Part shown: positions 21,169-28,640 of the stretch, in pieces
How the letters are laid out: every line of letters begins with the position of its first letter
Numbering within the stretch: the stretch's first letter is position 1
From: Betaproteobacteria bacterium
GTDB lineage: Bacteria > Pseudomonadota > Gammaproteobacteria > Burkholderiales > SG8-39
NCBI GenBank assembly: GCA_007280315.1
Contig: QYQC01000162.1
Coordinates: forward strand, 1-43,621
DNA: 43,621 nt
Reading direction: 5' to 3'
The notes under the pieces: model-generated
What the model saw: the letters and a program-made list of their open reading frames with translations, nothing else
Told to the model about the DNA's origin: nothing
The model's database searches: none
Translations under genes and position numbers: made by a program

Positions 21169-21867
21169 CTACGCTTGCGCTTCAATCCGGGCGGCCACGA
21201 GTCCGGGCAGCTCGGACATATCATGGAAAACCCGGTGGGCGCCGGCGGCCAGGAGCCTGCCGTCCGTCTTGTCTCTACAGAAACCGTACACGGACATGCC
21301 TGCGGCCAACGCTGCAACCACGCCGCTTTCGCTATCTTCGATGACCAGGCAGGCGCACGGCGGTTTCGCAAAATGGCGCGCTGCGAAAAGGTATAAATCC
21401 GGAAACGGCTTTCCGCGTGGAACATCGGCGGAACTAAACAAGCGCCCCTCGAAGCGTGACAGCAATGCGGTAATACCCAGGGTCTTCTGCATTTTTTCGT
21501 GCGGCCCGTTCGATGCGATGCAGTAGGGGATTGCGATCTGGTCGAGCGCGACCCCGATGCCCGGTACCGGCTTGAGTTCGGCTTCGAGGGCGGCGTATGT
21601 GCGCTTACCGTAGCGGTGAACGAAGTCTGCGGGTAATGGTGCCGGCAGCAACTGCCCGATGAGTTCCAGTGTGCGCGCGAAGGTGTGGCCGGTGAAGCGG
21701 CTGGCGACCTCGCGCTCATCGATCGAGGCGCCCAGTGCGTTGAGCATTTGCGTGAGAACGCGAGTGGTGATGGATTCGCTGTCGACGACGACTCCGTCGC
21801 AGTCGAGTATGAGCAATTCGAACGCAGTCGATCCTGGTGGCAGGGTCCCTCCCTCAACGCCATGCAT
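21169..21867 (-). CDS. HAD-IA family hydrolase (phosphatase/phosphomutase-like)
   Basis: Motif I LILDCDGVVVDSE, CIASNG, VIEDSESGVVAALAAGMSV. Confidence 0.85.
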   Translation of the reverse strand: MHGVEGGTLPPGSTAFELLILDCDGVVVDSESITTRVLTQMLNALGASIDEREVASRFTGHTFARTLELIGQLLPAPLPADFVHRYGKRTYAALEAELKPVPGIGVALDQIAIPYCIASNGPHEKMQKTLGITALLSRFEGRLFSSADVPRGKPFPDLYLFAARHFAKPPCACLVIEDSESGVVAALAAGMSVYGFCRDKTDGRLLAAGAHRVFHDMSELPGLVAARIEAQA

Positions 21868-21914
21868 GATCGGCCCGCGCCGGTATGTCGGTTGAGACCC
21901 GCGCGATCGAACGC

Positions 21915-22148
21915 TCAGGCGTCACGTACCAGCGGTGTTTGCGTGACGACCGCACAAAGCTTTCCCCTTTCCGATTTGATGGAGGTCTGCCAGACCATGG
22001 TCGTTCTGCCCCGGTGCAGCGCGATACACTCGGCGAAGACAACAGTGCCGACTTTCGCGGCCCCGATGAATTTGGTGCTGGGGTCCGTGGTCGTCGTTCG
22101 CTTGTTCCTAACATGCAGGACCACGCTTCGGCGCGACCTTGGCACCAT
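21915..22148 (-). pseudogene. C-terminal remnant of a PaaI/hotdog-fold thioesterase
   Basis: Only the last 55 aa or so of the fold are present (KFIGAAKVGTVVFAECIALHRGRTTMVWQTSIKSERGKLCAVVTQT). The N-terminal half is missing, and its 5' end is overlapped by 41 nt by the 3' end of the DUF488 gene. Confidence 0.6.
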
Positions 22149-22515
22149 TCTCGATCAGCAGCTCGCGCAGTACCGAGCGGTGGCAGTGTGCTTCGGATTC
22201 ACAATAGCAGCCGACAGAATAATTGCTGTGCTGTGAAAGTGCTGCAAGCAGAGAAAGCGAGTGGCTGGCTTCGGGTTTCGACATTTCGGTGCGGTATTTC
22301 CGCGCGAATGCAGCCCATGCGGCGGGCGTGTCTGCCTGCTGCCCGAGCTTCATGGTTTCGACGCTCGGCGCCAGGACTGGAAACCAGACGTCGTACCAGT
22401 CTTGTGCCGCGAACAATGACTTCGGAACGCCGCGCGGGGGCCGGCGTACCGTGCCAACGCGCGTGCCTTCGCCTTCAACGCGGGGTGTACCGAGCCTGAC
22501 TACGCGAACCACCAT
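22108..22515 (-). CDS. DUF488 family protein
   Basis: VRLGTPRVEGEGTRVGTVRRPPRGV...WYDVWFPVLAPSVETMK...CYCESEAHCHRSVL matches the DUF488 pattern. Confidence 0.8.
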   Translation of the reverse strand: MVVRVVRLGTPRVEGEGTRVGTVRRPPRGVPKSLFAAQDWYDVWFPVLAPSVETMKLGQQADTPAAWAAFARKYRTEMSKPEASHSLSLLAALSQHSNYSVGCYCESEAHCHRSVLRELLIENGAKVAPKRGPAC

Positions 22516-22557
22516 GGTGCCTCCACGCTGTTGGACGTCTCTAGAGCCGGCAGATCG

Positions 22558-23169
22558 CTAGTAGAGCGTTTTCGCCTGGCGTTGCGGCAGTTCATCGTCA
22601 TAGCGCTTGCCGCCGACAGACCCGTCCGTCACCGCCGCGAGGATTTCGCCTGCAGTCGGGACAGTCGGTCTGTTTGCAATCTGCTCCTTGGACCAAAGAG
22701 ATGAACGCAGCAAAGCCCTGGCACACTGGAAGTACACAGCCTGGACGGAGACTTCCACAACGCACTTGGGCAACGCTCCCTGCTTGGAAAATAGGGCGAG
22801 CACGTCCGGCTCGATGCAGATCCTGGCGGTTCCATTGACCCGAACAGTCTCGCGCACACCCGGGACGAAGAAGATCATCGATACGCCCGGATTGGAGACG
22901 ATGTTGCGTAGGCTGTCTATTCTGTTGTTTCCCCTGCGTTCGGGTAGCAACAGCGTGCTTTCGTCTTTCACCATTACCACAGGCGCGGGATCCCCGCGTG
23001 GTGAAACATCCAACCCTGCGGGACCGGCCGTTGCGAGTACCACGAAGGGCGAAGCCTCGATCCATGCGCGATAGATCGGGTGTACGGCAGCCACTTCCTT
23101 CCTCAATGAAGCCTCGCCCACCGGTTCAAACAGTGCTTCGAGTTCGCTTATGGTTGTCAGGTATTGCAT
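22558..23169 (-). CDS. PPOX-class (pyridoxamine-5'-phosphate-oxidase-like) FMN flavoprotein
   Basis: SPFVVLATAGPAGLDVSPRGD...RRGNNRIDSLRNIVSNPGVSMIFFVPG...RVNG is typical of the MSMEG_1061-type family. Confidence 0.8.
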   Translation of the reverse strand: MQYLTTISELEALFEPVGEASLRKEVAAVHPIYRAWIEASPFVVLATAGPAGLDVSPRGDPAPVVMVKDESTLLLPERRGNNRIDSLRNIVSNPGVSMIFFVPGVRETVRVNGTARICIEPDVLALFSKQGALPKCVVEVSVQAVYFQCARALLRSSLWSKEQIANRPTVPTAGEILAAVTDGSVGGKRYDDELPQRQAKTLY

Positions 23170-23193
23170 TTTGCGTCTGTGTCAACGGTGTGC

Positions 23194-23601
23194 TCAGGGA
23201 GCTTTCTTTGGAAGCTCCGGAAATTGCGGTAGCGCATCGGTAATTTCAAACCACGGCGCTTTGTATGCGACGAATACATGAAATTTCGGTTTCACCGCCG
23301 GATCGTCGTCGAGCGCCCCAAGAGGAAGGCCGTAGGAAGCCGGATGGTGATCGAAGCGGCTGAGCAGGGGTGACCCGCAGACGCGGCAAAAGCCCCGGTG
23401 GTTGCCGGGAGAGGACTCGTAGTAGGTCACGAGCGCTTCGCCCTGCACCCAACGGAAATCGGCGGCGTTGATGCGCGCGCGACTGCGAAAGGCCGCGCCG
23501 TGTGCCTTCCGGCACATCGAGCAATGGCAGTTGAGTGCGCCTGACAGCGGGCCGGTGATCTCGTACCGGACACCACCGCAAAGGCAACTTCCGTGCAACA
23601 T
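23194..23601 (-). CDS. GFA (glutathione-dependent formaldehyde-activating/CENP-V) family protein
   Basis: Zn-Cys pattern GSCLCGGVRYE...CHCSMCRK...FCRVCGSPL. Confidence 0.85.
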   Translation of the reverse strand: MLHGSCLCGGVRYEITGPLSGALNCHCSMCRKAHGAAFRSRARINAADFRWVQGEALVTYYESSPGNHRGFCRVCGSPLLSRFDHHPASYGLPLGALDDDPAVKPKFHVFVAYKAPWFEITDALPQFPELPKKAP

Positions 23602-23682
23602 AAGAGCGCCCTCGTTAAGCGGTCATGCGGGTCGCGCGGCTGCTTGCGCGCCTCCGCCTGGACTCCGGGTGAGACGGCTTTT

Positions 23683-24054
23683 TCATTGCATCGAATGCAG
23701 CCCGAACAGGTTACCTTCAGTGTCAAAGGCCAACGCAATAAAGCCGTACTCGCCAATGGAAAATCTCTCCTTCATCGTTCTAGCCCCGGCGGCGACAGCC
23801 CGCTTTAACGCCGCGGCGCAATCGGCGCAGCTGAAATAGACCAATGTACTGTTGCCGCCTGATGGAACGCCATCCATTTTCGCCAAAGCGCCCGATGCTC
23901 CGTAGCTTGTCATCGCCTGTGGAAACTTCCACAACTCCGGCGTCGAACTGTTCAATTGCTCGAGTTTGACCTGCAGCACCGTTTCATAAAACGTCCTGGC
24001 CCGTGCCATCTCCTGCACATAAATTTCGAACCAGCCGACCGGATTTTGCATCAT
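23683..24054 (-). CDS. VOC (glyoxalase/bleomycin-resistance) family protein
   Basis: 123 aa. VGWFEIYVQEMARARTFYETVL N-terminus and GFIALAFDTEGNLFGLHS C-terminus. Confidence 0.8.
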   Translation of the reverse strand: MMQNPVGWFEIYVQEMARARTFYETVLQVKLEQLNSSTPELWKFPQAMTSYGASGALAKMDGVPSGGNSTLVYFSCADCAAALKRAVAAGARTMKERFSIGEYGFIALAFDTEGNLFGLHSMQ

Positions 24055-24240
24055 GGTTGATTTCCTTTCATAAACTAATCGGACGTACTTTACTCAGCTC
24101 ACGCCAGAACATCTTCACGTCCCACGGCGCTGGCAAGACGCCAATCTTCCGGGCCCGCGGCGGGTGGCGACGATTCCGGATCAAACGGCGCCGTTTGCGC
24201 GCGTCCGTGTTGGTTGAGTTGGGCGTCGCCATCCGCACCG

Positions 24241-25056
24241 TCATGTGGCTGTGGAATCGAGAAACTGTATCACGACAGGATTGACTGCTTCCGGGCGCGT
24301 AAGCGGCGCCATGTGTCCGCCCTCCGGAATCGCCACGAATGTCCAGTGGGGGCACGCGCCCTGAAACAATTCGGCGATTTCCCGAAGCGCCATTCTGGTG
24401 TCTACGCTGTGCATGAGAAGGGTCTTGGCGGGCAATCTGCTGAACTCCGCGATTGTAGTGGCGTCGCTGCGCACGCAATCCCATTCGTAGTAGTTCGGCA
24501 GCAGCAACTGCGCAAATGCCGTACGCCTCTCGGGTGGCATTCCGGCCCATGAGCCGTCGCCTGAGAAATACTCCGAAAAACGCTCAGCCAGCGCGAGCCA
24601 GTTCTTCTGCCTTCCGAGTGACTTCACGTCATGGCACAGGGCCATCGCCTCGGCGAATGCTTCATCGCGACCGCCGAGTTCCAGCAGGTAGAACGGATTG
24701 GGTTCGTACAGCGCCAGATGCGAGATGCGTTCGCCCAGGTCCGCGGCCACCTTCAAGGCGACCGCGCCGCCAAAGGAATGCCCGACGAGCCGGATTGGGC
24801 CGGGGACGCTATCGCAGATTGCCTCAACCAGGGCGACGTGATCCGCGAGGGTCTGCGTCCCGTCCGTCTGCCATGGCGTCGTTTCGCCGTAACCGTAGAG
24901 ATTGGGAGCAAGTACGCGATAGCGTTTCCCGAGGTCCAGGATCAGCCGCTTCCACTGGCGGTTTCCGCTGACCGAGCTGTGGATCAGGACGACGGTTTCC
25001 CCCTGACCGTCCTCGGTATAGTCAATCTTCAAGCCGCCCCGCAACATAACCGGCAT
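24241..25056 (-). CDS. alpha/beta hydrolase
   Basis: VVLIHSSVSG oxyanion region, nucleophile elbow GHSFGG, C-terminal GGHMAP. Strong SD (GAGGAGGAG) upstream. Confidence 0.85.
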   Translation of the reverse strand: MPVMLRGGLKIDYTEDGQGETVVLIHSSVSGNRQWKRLILDLGKRYRVLAPNLYGYGETTPWQTDGTQTLADHVALVEAICDSVPGPIRLVGHSFGGAVALKVAADLGERISHLALYEPNPFYLLELGGRDEAFAEAMALCHDVKSLGRQKNWLALAERFSEYFSGDGSWAGMPPERRTAFAQLLLPNYYEWDCVRSDATTIAEFSRLPAKTLLMHSVDTRMALREIAELFQGACPHWTFVAIPEGGHMAPLTRPEAVNPVVIQFLDSTAT

Positions 25057-25172
25057 AGGCTCCTCCTCTTTGCGCCCTTCGCTCCTGCCTAATGTGTTGT
25101 CACGGTAGGCAACGATTGGATTCAGCGGCTGCCGAAGACAGCAGGCTGAAAAGATGGGTTGGGCGACACAGG

Positions 25173-25610
25173 TTACGCGCCCGCCATACCCTGACGCAGC
25201 TGCATATAGACGCCCAGACGGTCTGTAATTTGCCAGTGACCCGTCAGGCGTCCGCCGTCAAAGTAATAGACGGTGGCTCCGGACATTTTGACATTTTTAC
25301 CTGTCGCCGGAAAGCCGGGAATATCTCCCCTATGCGAGGCGGTCCACAGCCAGGTGATCATTACCCTGTTCGCCTCGGCGAGAACGTCCTGAATGGTGAA
25401 GCATTGATCTGGAAAGGGTGCTCGAGATACTCGAACGCGTTCTTTGTATCCAGCAAGATCAAGTTCTTGTCCTTCCCATGGATCACCAGGGTCGTGGTGA
25501 ATCGTGTACTTCGATGCAACGTACTTGTCGGATGCATCGATGTTTCCGGTGTTCCAAACTTCCTCGAGGAATTGAGTTAGCAGTTCTTCGCTTTCTTTGG
25601 CGTTCGACAT
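25173..25610 (-). CDS. SnoaL-like ester cyclase family protein
   Basis: FLEEVWNTGNIDASDKYVASKYTIHH...GFPATGKNVKMSGATVYYFDGGRLTGHW. Confidence 0.8.
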   Translation of the reverse strand: MSNAKESEELLTQFLEEVWNTGNIDASDKYVASKYTIHHDPGDPWEGQELDLAGYKERVRVSRAPFPDQCFTIQDVLAEANRVMITWLWTASHRGDIPGFPATGKNVKMSGATVYYFDGGRLTGHWQITDRLGVYMQLRQGMAGA

Positions 25611-25758
25611 ATCGTCTTGCCTTTTCGAGGTCCCTGTAGTGCAAGGGAAAACGGGCCATGATCTTTGACGCCCGAATTAAAGTCGAACACCGATAAGCGG
25701 GGTCTCGCTAGCCTATTCTGCGCTGCCCCCTGTCATTCTTCAATCCATTATGCGTATT

Positions 25759-25773
25759 TGGCACGCCAAATGC
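25759..25773 (+). promoter_or_regulatory. candidate sigma-54 (-24/-12) promoter
   Basis: TGGCACgccaaATGC has GG-N10-GC spacing as in the consensus TGGCAC-N5-TTGC, with 9 of 10 consensus positions. It lies about 220 nt upstream of the EF-hand gene start. Confidence 0.35.
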
Positions 25774-25993
25774 CGGGACGAATACCCGATTCGCAAGGAA
25801 ACCGCAAGCCGCGCACCGTCGATGCGCCAAACGATCGCCAAACCCAAATTTCTGAATCTGGTACGCGCCCTGCTGGATTGGCATGGGGGCCGATATTGCG
25901 CACGGCCGGATGTTGTAACGGTTTGTATCCGTTGTGCGCGTTCGCGTCGTCACCGCGTTGTTGTCCTCACACCTTTTATATTGGAGGACGAAC

Positions 25994-26455
25994 ATGTTCA
26001 AGTACAGCCTGATAGCAACTCTGATTCTGGTTCCCGCCATAGGCGTAGCGGCGGACGGCGCCGTCGGTGCCAAGGGCGGGCGCGCCGCGCAGTTTCGCAA
26101 TGCCGATACCGACGGCAATGGAACGCTGTCGCGCGCCGAGTTCGCGCGGGCAATGCCGCACCTGGCGCCGAAGTTCGACAGCATCGACAGCAACAAGGAC
26201 GGCGAACTGTCGCGGGCTGAGCTGGCGGCATGGAAAAAGGCGCACCGGGTCGAGCGCCAGGCGAAGGCAGTCGAGCGCTTTCGCCACGCGGACACCGACG
26301 GTGACGGTGCCATCAGCCGCGCCGAGGCAGCGAAACACGCGCCGCGGCTGGCGAAACGATTCGACCAGATTGACGCTGACAAGGATGGCAAACTAACGCC
26401 GGAGGAGCTGCGCGCCTACCGCGAAGCGAAGCGCAGCCACAGGGAGAAGGTGTAA
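25994..26455 (+). CDS. periplasmic protein with four EF-hand Ca-binding loops
   Basis: GGAGGA SD. Signal peptide MFKYSLIATLILVPAIGVAA. Loops DTDGNGTLSRAE, DSNKDGELSRAE, DTDGDGAISRAE and DADKDGKLTPEE. Confidence 0.85.
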   Translation: MFKYSLIATLILVPAIGVAADGAVGAKGGRAAQFRNADTDGNGTLSRAEFARAMPHLAPKFDSIDSNKDGELSRAELAAWKKAHRVERQAKAVERFRHADTDGDGAISRAEAAKHAPRLAKRFDQIDADKDGKLTPEELRAYREAKRSHREKV

Positions 26456-26510
26456 GCAGGCGATCGACGCGCGGCGTGCCGCAACCCGGCGCGCCGCGTT
26501 CGCGCTGCGC

Positions 26511-26705
26511 CTAGATCAGCCGGCCGAGCAGGGTCAGCGCGAGCGACAGCAGGATGGTGGTGGTGATCGGCAGGTAGTAATCCCGACCCTTGCGCCGCAG
26601 GGTGATGTCGCCCGGCAGGCGCCCGAGCCCGTACTGCCTCAGCCACGGGGTACACAGGGCGATCACCGCAAGCGCAACGATCAGGGTCAGGAGCCACTTC
26701 AGCAT
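26511..26705 (-). CDS. DUF2905 family small membrane protein
   Basis: MLKWLLTLIVALAVIAL...GRLPGDITLRRKG...LPITTTILLSLALTLLGRLI. Confidence 0.75.
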   Translation of the reverse strand: MLKWLLTLIVALAVIALCTPWLRQYGLGRLPGDITLRRKGRDYYLPITTTILLSLALTLLGRLI

Positions 26706-26752
26706 CGAATCATTGTAAACTGGCCGCAACCAAAAAGAGCAGGCAGTGAAAA

Positions 26753-27370
26753 ATGATTGATCTGTACACGTGGAAGACACCCAACGGCCGCAAGGTCTCG
26801 ATCATGTTGGAAGAATGCGGCCTCGACTACCACACCCACCCGATCGAAATCGGCAAGGGCGAGCAGTTCACGCCGCAGTTCCTGGCGCTCAACCCGAACG
26901 GGAAAATACCGGCGATCGCCGATTCCGACGGCCCGGACGGAAAACCCATTACCCTGTTCGAATCGGGCGCGATCCTGGTCTATCTCGCCGGCAAGACGGG
27001 CAGGTTTCTGCCCGCAACCGACCGCGGCAAATACCTCGCATTGCAGTGGCTGATGTTCCAGATGGGCGGTGTCGGACCGATGTTCGGCCAGGTGCATCAT
27101 TTCGTGCGTTCGGCCAAGGAGCAGGTGCCCTACGCGACCGAGCGCTACATCAAGGAGAAAGACCGCCTTTACGCGGTATTGGACCATCGCCTGGGCGAGG
27201 CCGCGTACCTTGCCGGCGAATATTCCATCGCCGACATTGCGACCTATCCATGGGTGGCGCGGCACGATTGGCACAGGACCGAACTAAGCGATTTCCCCAA
27301 CGTGAAGCGCTGGTACGATGCCATCGGCGCGCGTGCCGCGGTACAGCGCGGCATGGCGGTTCCGGCCTAG
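26753..27370 (+). CDS. yfcG: Nu-class glutathione S-transferase / GSH-dependent disulfide reductase (YfcG-like)
   Basis: MIDLYTWKTPNGRKVSIMLEE...NPNGKIPAI...LFESGAILVYLA...LQWLMFQMGGVGPMFGQ is collinear with E. coli YfcG as I recall it. Confidence 0.8.
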   Translation: MIDLYTWKTPNGRKVSIMLEECGLDYHTHPIEIGKGEQFTPQFLALNPNGKIPAIADSDGPDGKPITLFESGAILVYLAGKTGRFLPATDRGKYLALQWLMFQMGGVGPMFGQVHHFVRSAKEQVPYATERYIKEKDRLYAVLDHRLGEAAYLAGEYSIADIATYPWVARHDWHRTELSDFPNVKRWYDAIGARAAVQRGMAVPA

Positions 27371-27384
27371 CGCCCGCGCAAACT

Positions 27385-28209
27385 ATGGACGCGCGCAGCG
27401 GCTCGCAGACCGCGGGACAGCTGGAAATTCTCGAAGTCCTTCCGCGAAAGCGCGCCGGCGCGCGTCCGATTCTGTTCGTGCACGGCGCCTTTGCCGGTGC
27501 CTGGTGCTGGGCCGAGCACTTCCTTCCTTATTTCGCCAAAAAGGGATTTCGCGCCTGCGCCGTAAGCCTGAGCGGTCACGGCGGCAGTCCGGGACGCGAG
27601 CGGCTCGACTGGCTTTCCATTGCCGATTATGTGCGCGACCTGGAACAGGCGGTCGAAACCGTCGGCGGGGAGCCAGTTTTGATCGGCCATTCCATGGGCG
27701 GTTTCGTAGTGCAGAAATACCTCGAGCATGCGAGCGCCCCGGCCGCAGTGCTCATGGCTACGGTACCGCCGCAGGGTTTGCTGTCGGCATCGATCGCGCT
27801 GGCATTCTCCAATCCCGGACTGTTCGCCGATGTGAACCAGATGATGCATCACAGCCGTGTTTCGCTCGATGCGTTGCAGAAGGTGCTTTTCGCCAAGCCG
27901 ATCGAAGTCGACCAGCTGCGCGCCTGTTACCGCCGGATGCAGCCCGAATCGCAGCGCGCAATGTGGGACATGACCTTTTTCAATCTGCCGCAGCTGCGGC
28001 GAGAGCGCTGCCCGCCGCTGCTGATTCTGGGAGCGGCGAGCGACGTACTGGTACCGCCGAACCAGGCCGAGCAGGCCGCGCGCCATTACGGCACGGTGGC
28101 GGAAATCTTCCCCGACATGGGCCACCTGATGATGCTCGAAGCCGACTGGCAGAAGGTGGCCGACCGCGTCATCGCGTGGCTGCGGTCGCTGCAACTCGAC
28201 CGCACTTAG
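27385..28209 (+). CDS. alpha/beta hydrolase
   Basis: Start at MDARSGSQ. ILFVHGAFAGAWCW and nucleophile elbow GHSMGG. The 479-aa ORF from 26770 is an out-of-frame run through the GST gene. Confidence 0.8.
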   Translation: MDARSGSQTAGQLEILEVLPRKRAGARPILFVHGAFAGAWCWAEHFLPYFAKKGFRACAVSLSGHGGSPGRERLDWLSIADYVRDLEQAVETVGGEPVLIGHSMGGFVVQKYLEHASAPAAVLMATVPPQGLLSASIALAFSNPGLFADVNQMMHHSRVSLDALQKVLFAKPIEVDQLRACYRRMQPESQRAMWDMTFFNLPQLRRERCPPLLILGAASDVLVPPNQAEQAARHYGTVAEIFPDMGHLMMLEADWQKVADRVIAWLRSLQLDRT

Positions 28210-28265
28210 GACCGCGCCAACTCGAGTCCCACTTCAGCGCGTCGTGGGGCGCCACCCCCGCCTGA

Positions 28266-28640
28266 CTATCTGCCGGCGACAGCGCGGCAGCTACATTGCG
28301 GCAATACTACCGCCCGGTCCTGATCGCCAAGTCGTAACAGGCAGCCTTGTGCCGCAAGTTCCAGGCGCAAGATCTGCGTCGGCGGCATCATGCGGCCGCT
28401 TGCGGACTGGCCGGCAGTCGAAAGCACCACGGAATCGTTCTGCGTAAACGCATCGGCGGCGAGCGTCACGAACTTGCCGGTCAGCTCGCGTACGGCGTCG
28501 GTCAGTTGCGCTCGACAATGCTGCGGGCTTTCGACCAGCACTGCTGGTACCGGCGGCAGGCGCGAACCGGCGCCGGCGCAACCCGCAATCAGCGCACTGC
28601 CAAGCAGGCAAACAACCAAGTTGGCCGGGAAGCGCTTCAT
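28266..28640 (-). CDS. small lipoprotein, hypothetical
   Basis: Lipobox LIAGC after MKRFPANLVVCLLGSA. The start overlaps the stop of the S41 peptidase gene by 4 nt. Confidence 0.6.
   Translation of the reverse strand: MKRFPANLVVCLLGSALIAGCAGAGSRLPPVPAVLVESPQHCRAQLTDAVRELTGKFVTLAADAFTQNDSVVLSTAGQSASGRMMPPTQILRLELAAQGCLLRLGDQDRAVVLPQCSCRAVAGR

Noticed and set aside
24183-24198. Perfect 16-bp palindrome caaacggcgccgtttg downstream of the alpha/beta hydrolase, considered as an attC core or terminator
   Set aside because: It has no loop and is too short. There is no T-tract, and its flanks are asymmetric (30 versus 45 nt to the outer gacgcc/ggcgtc pairing). I noted it within the array finding but do not call it a feature.
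19629-25610. A bona fide integron (intI plus attI plus attC array)
   Set aside because: No integrase or attI lies upstream of the first gene; 25611-25993 is non-coding and is followed by an EF-hand gene. Most junctions are 15-47 nt, too short for attC. Only one junction gives an attC-like fold, and its R' is GTTGCCT rather than GTTRRRY. I kept it only as a low-confidence cassette-like observation.
26770-28209. 479-aa ORF suggesting a large fusion protein
   Set aside because: Its first 205 codons are an alternative frame of the YfcG-like GST gene. The recognisable alpha/beta-hydrolase sequence begins at ATG 27385, after the GST stop.
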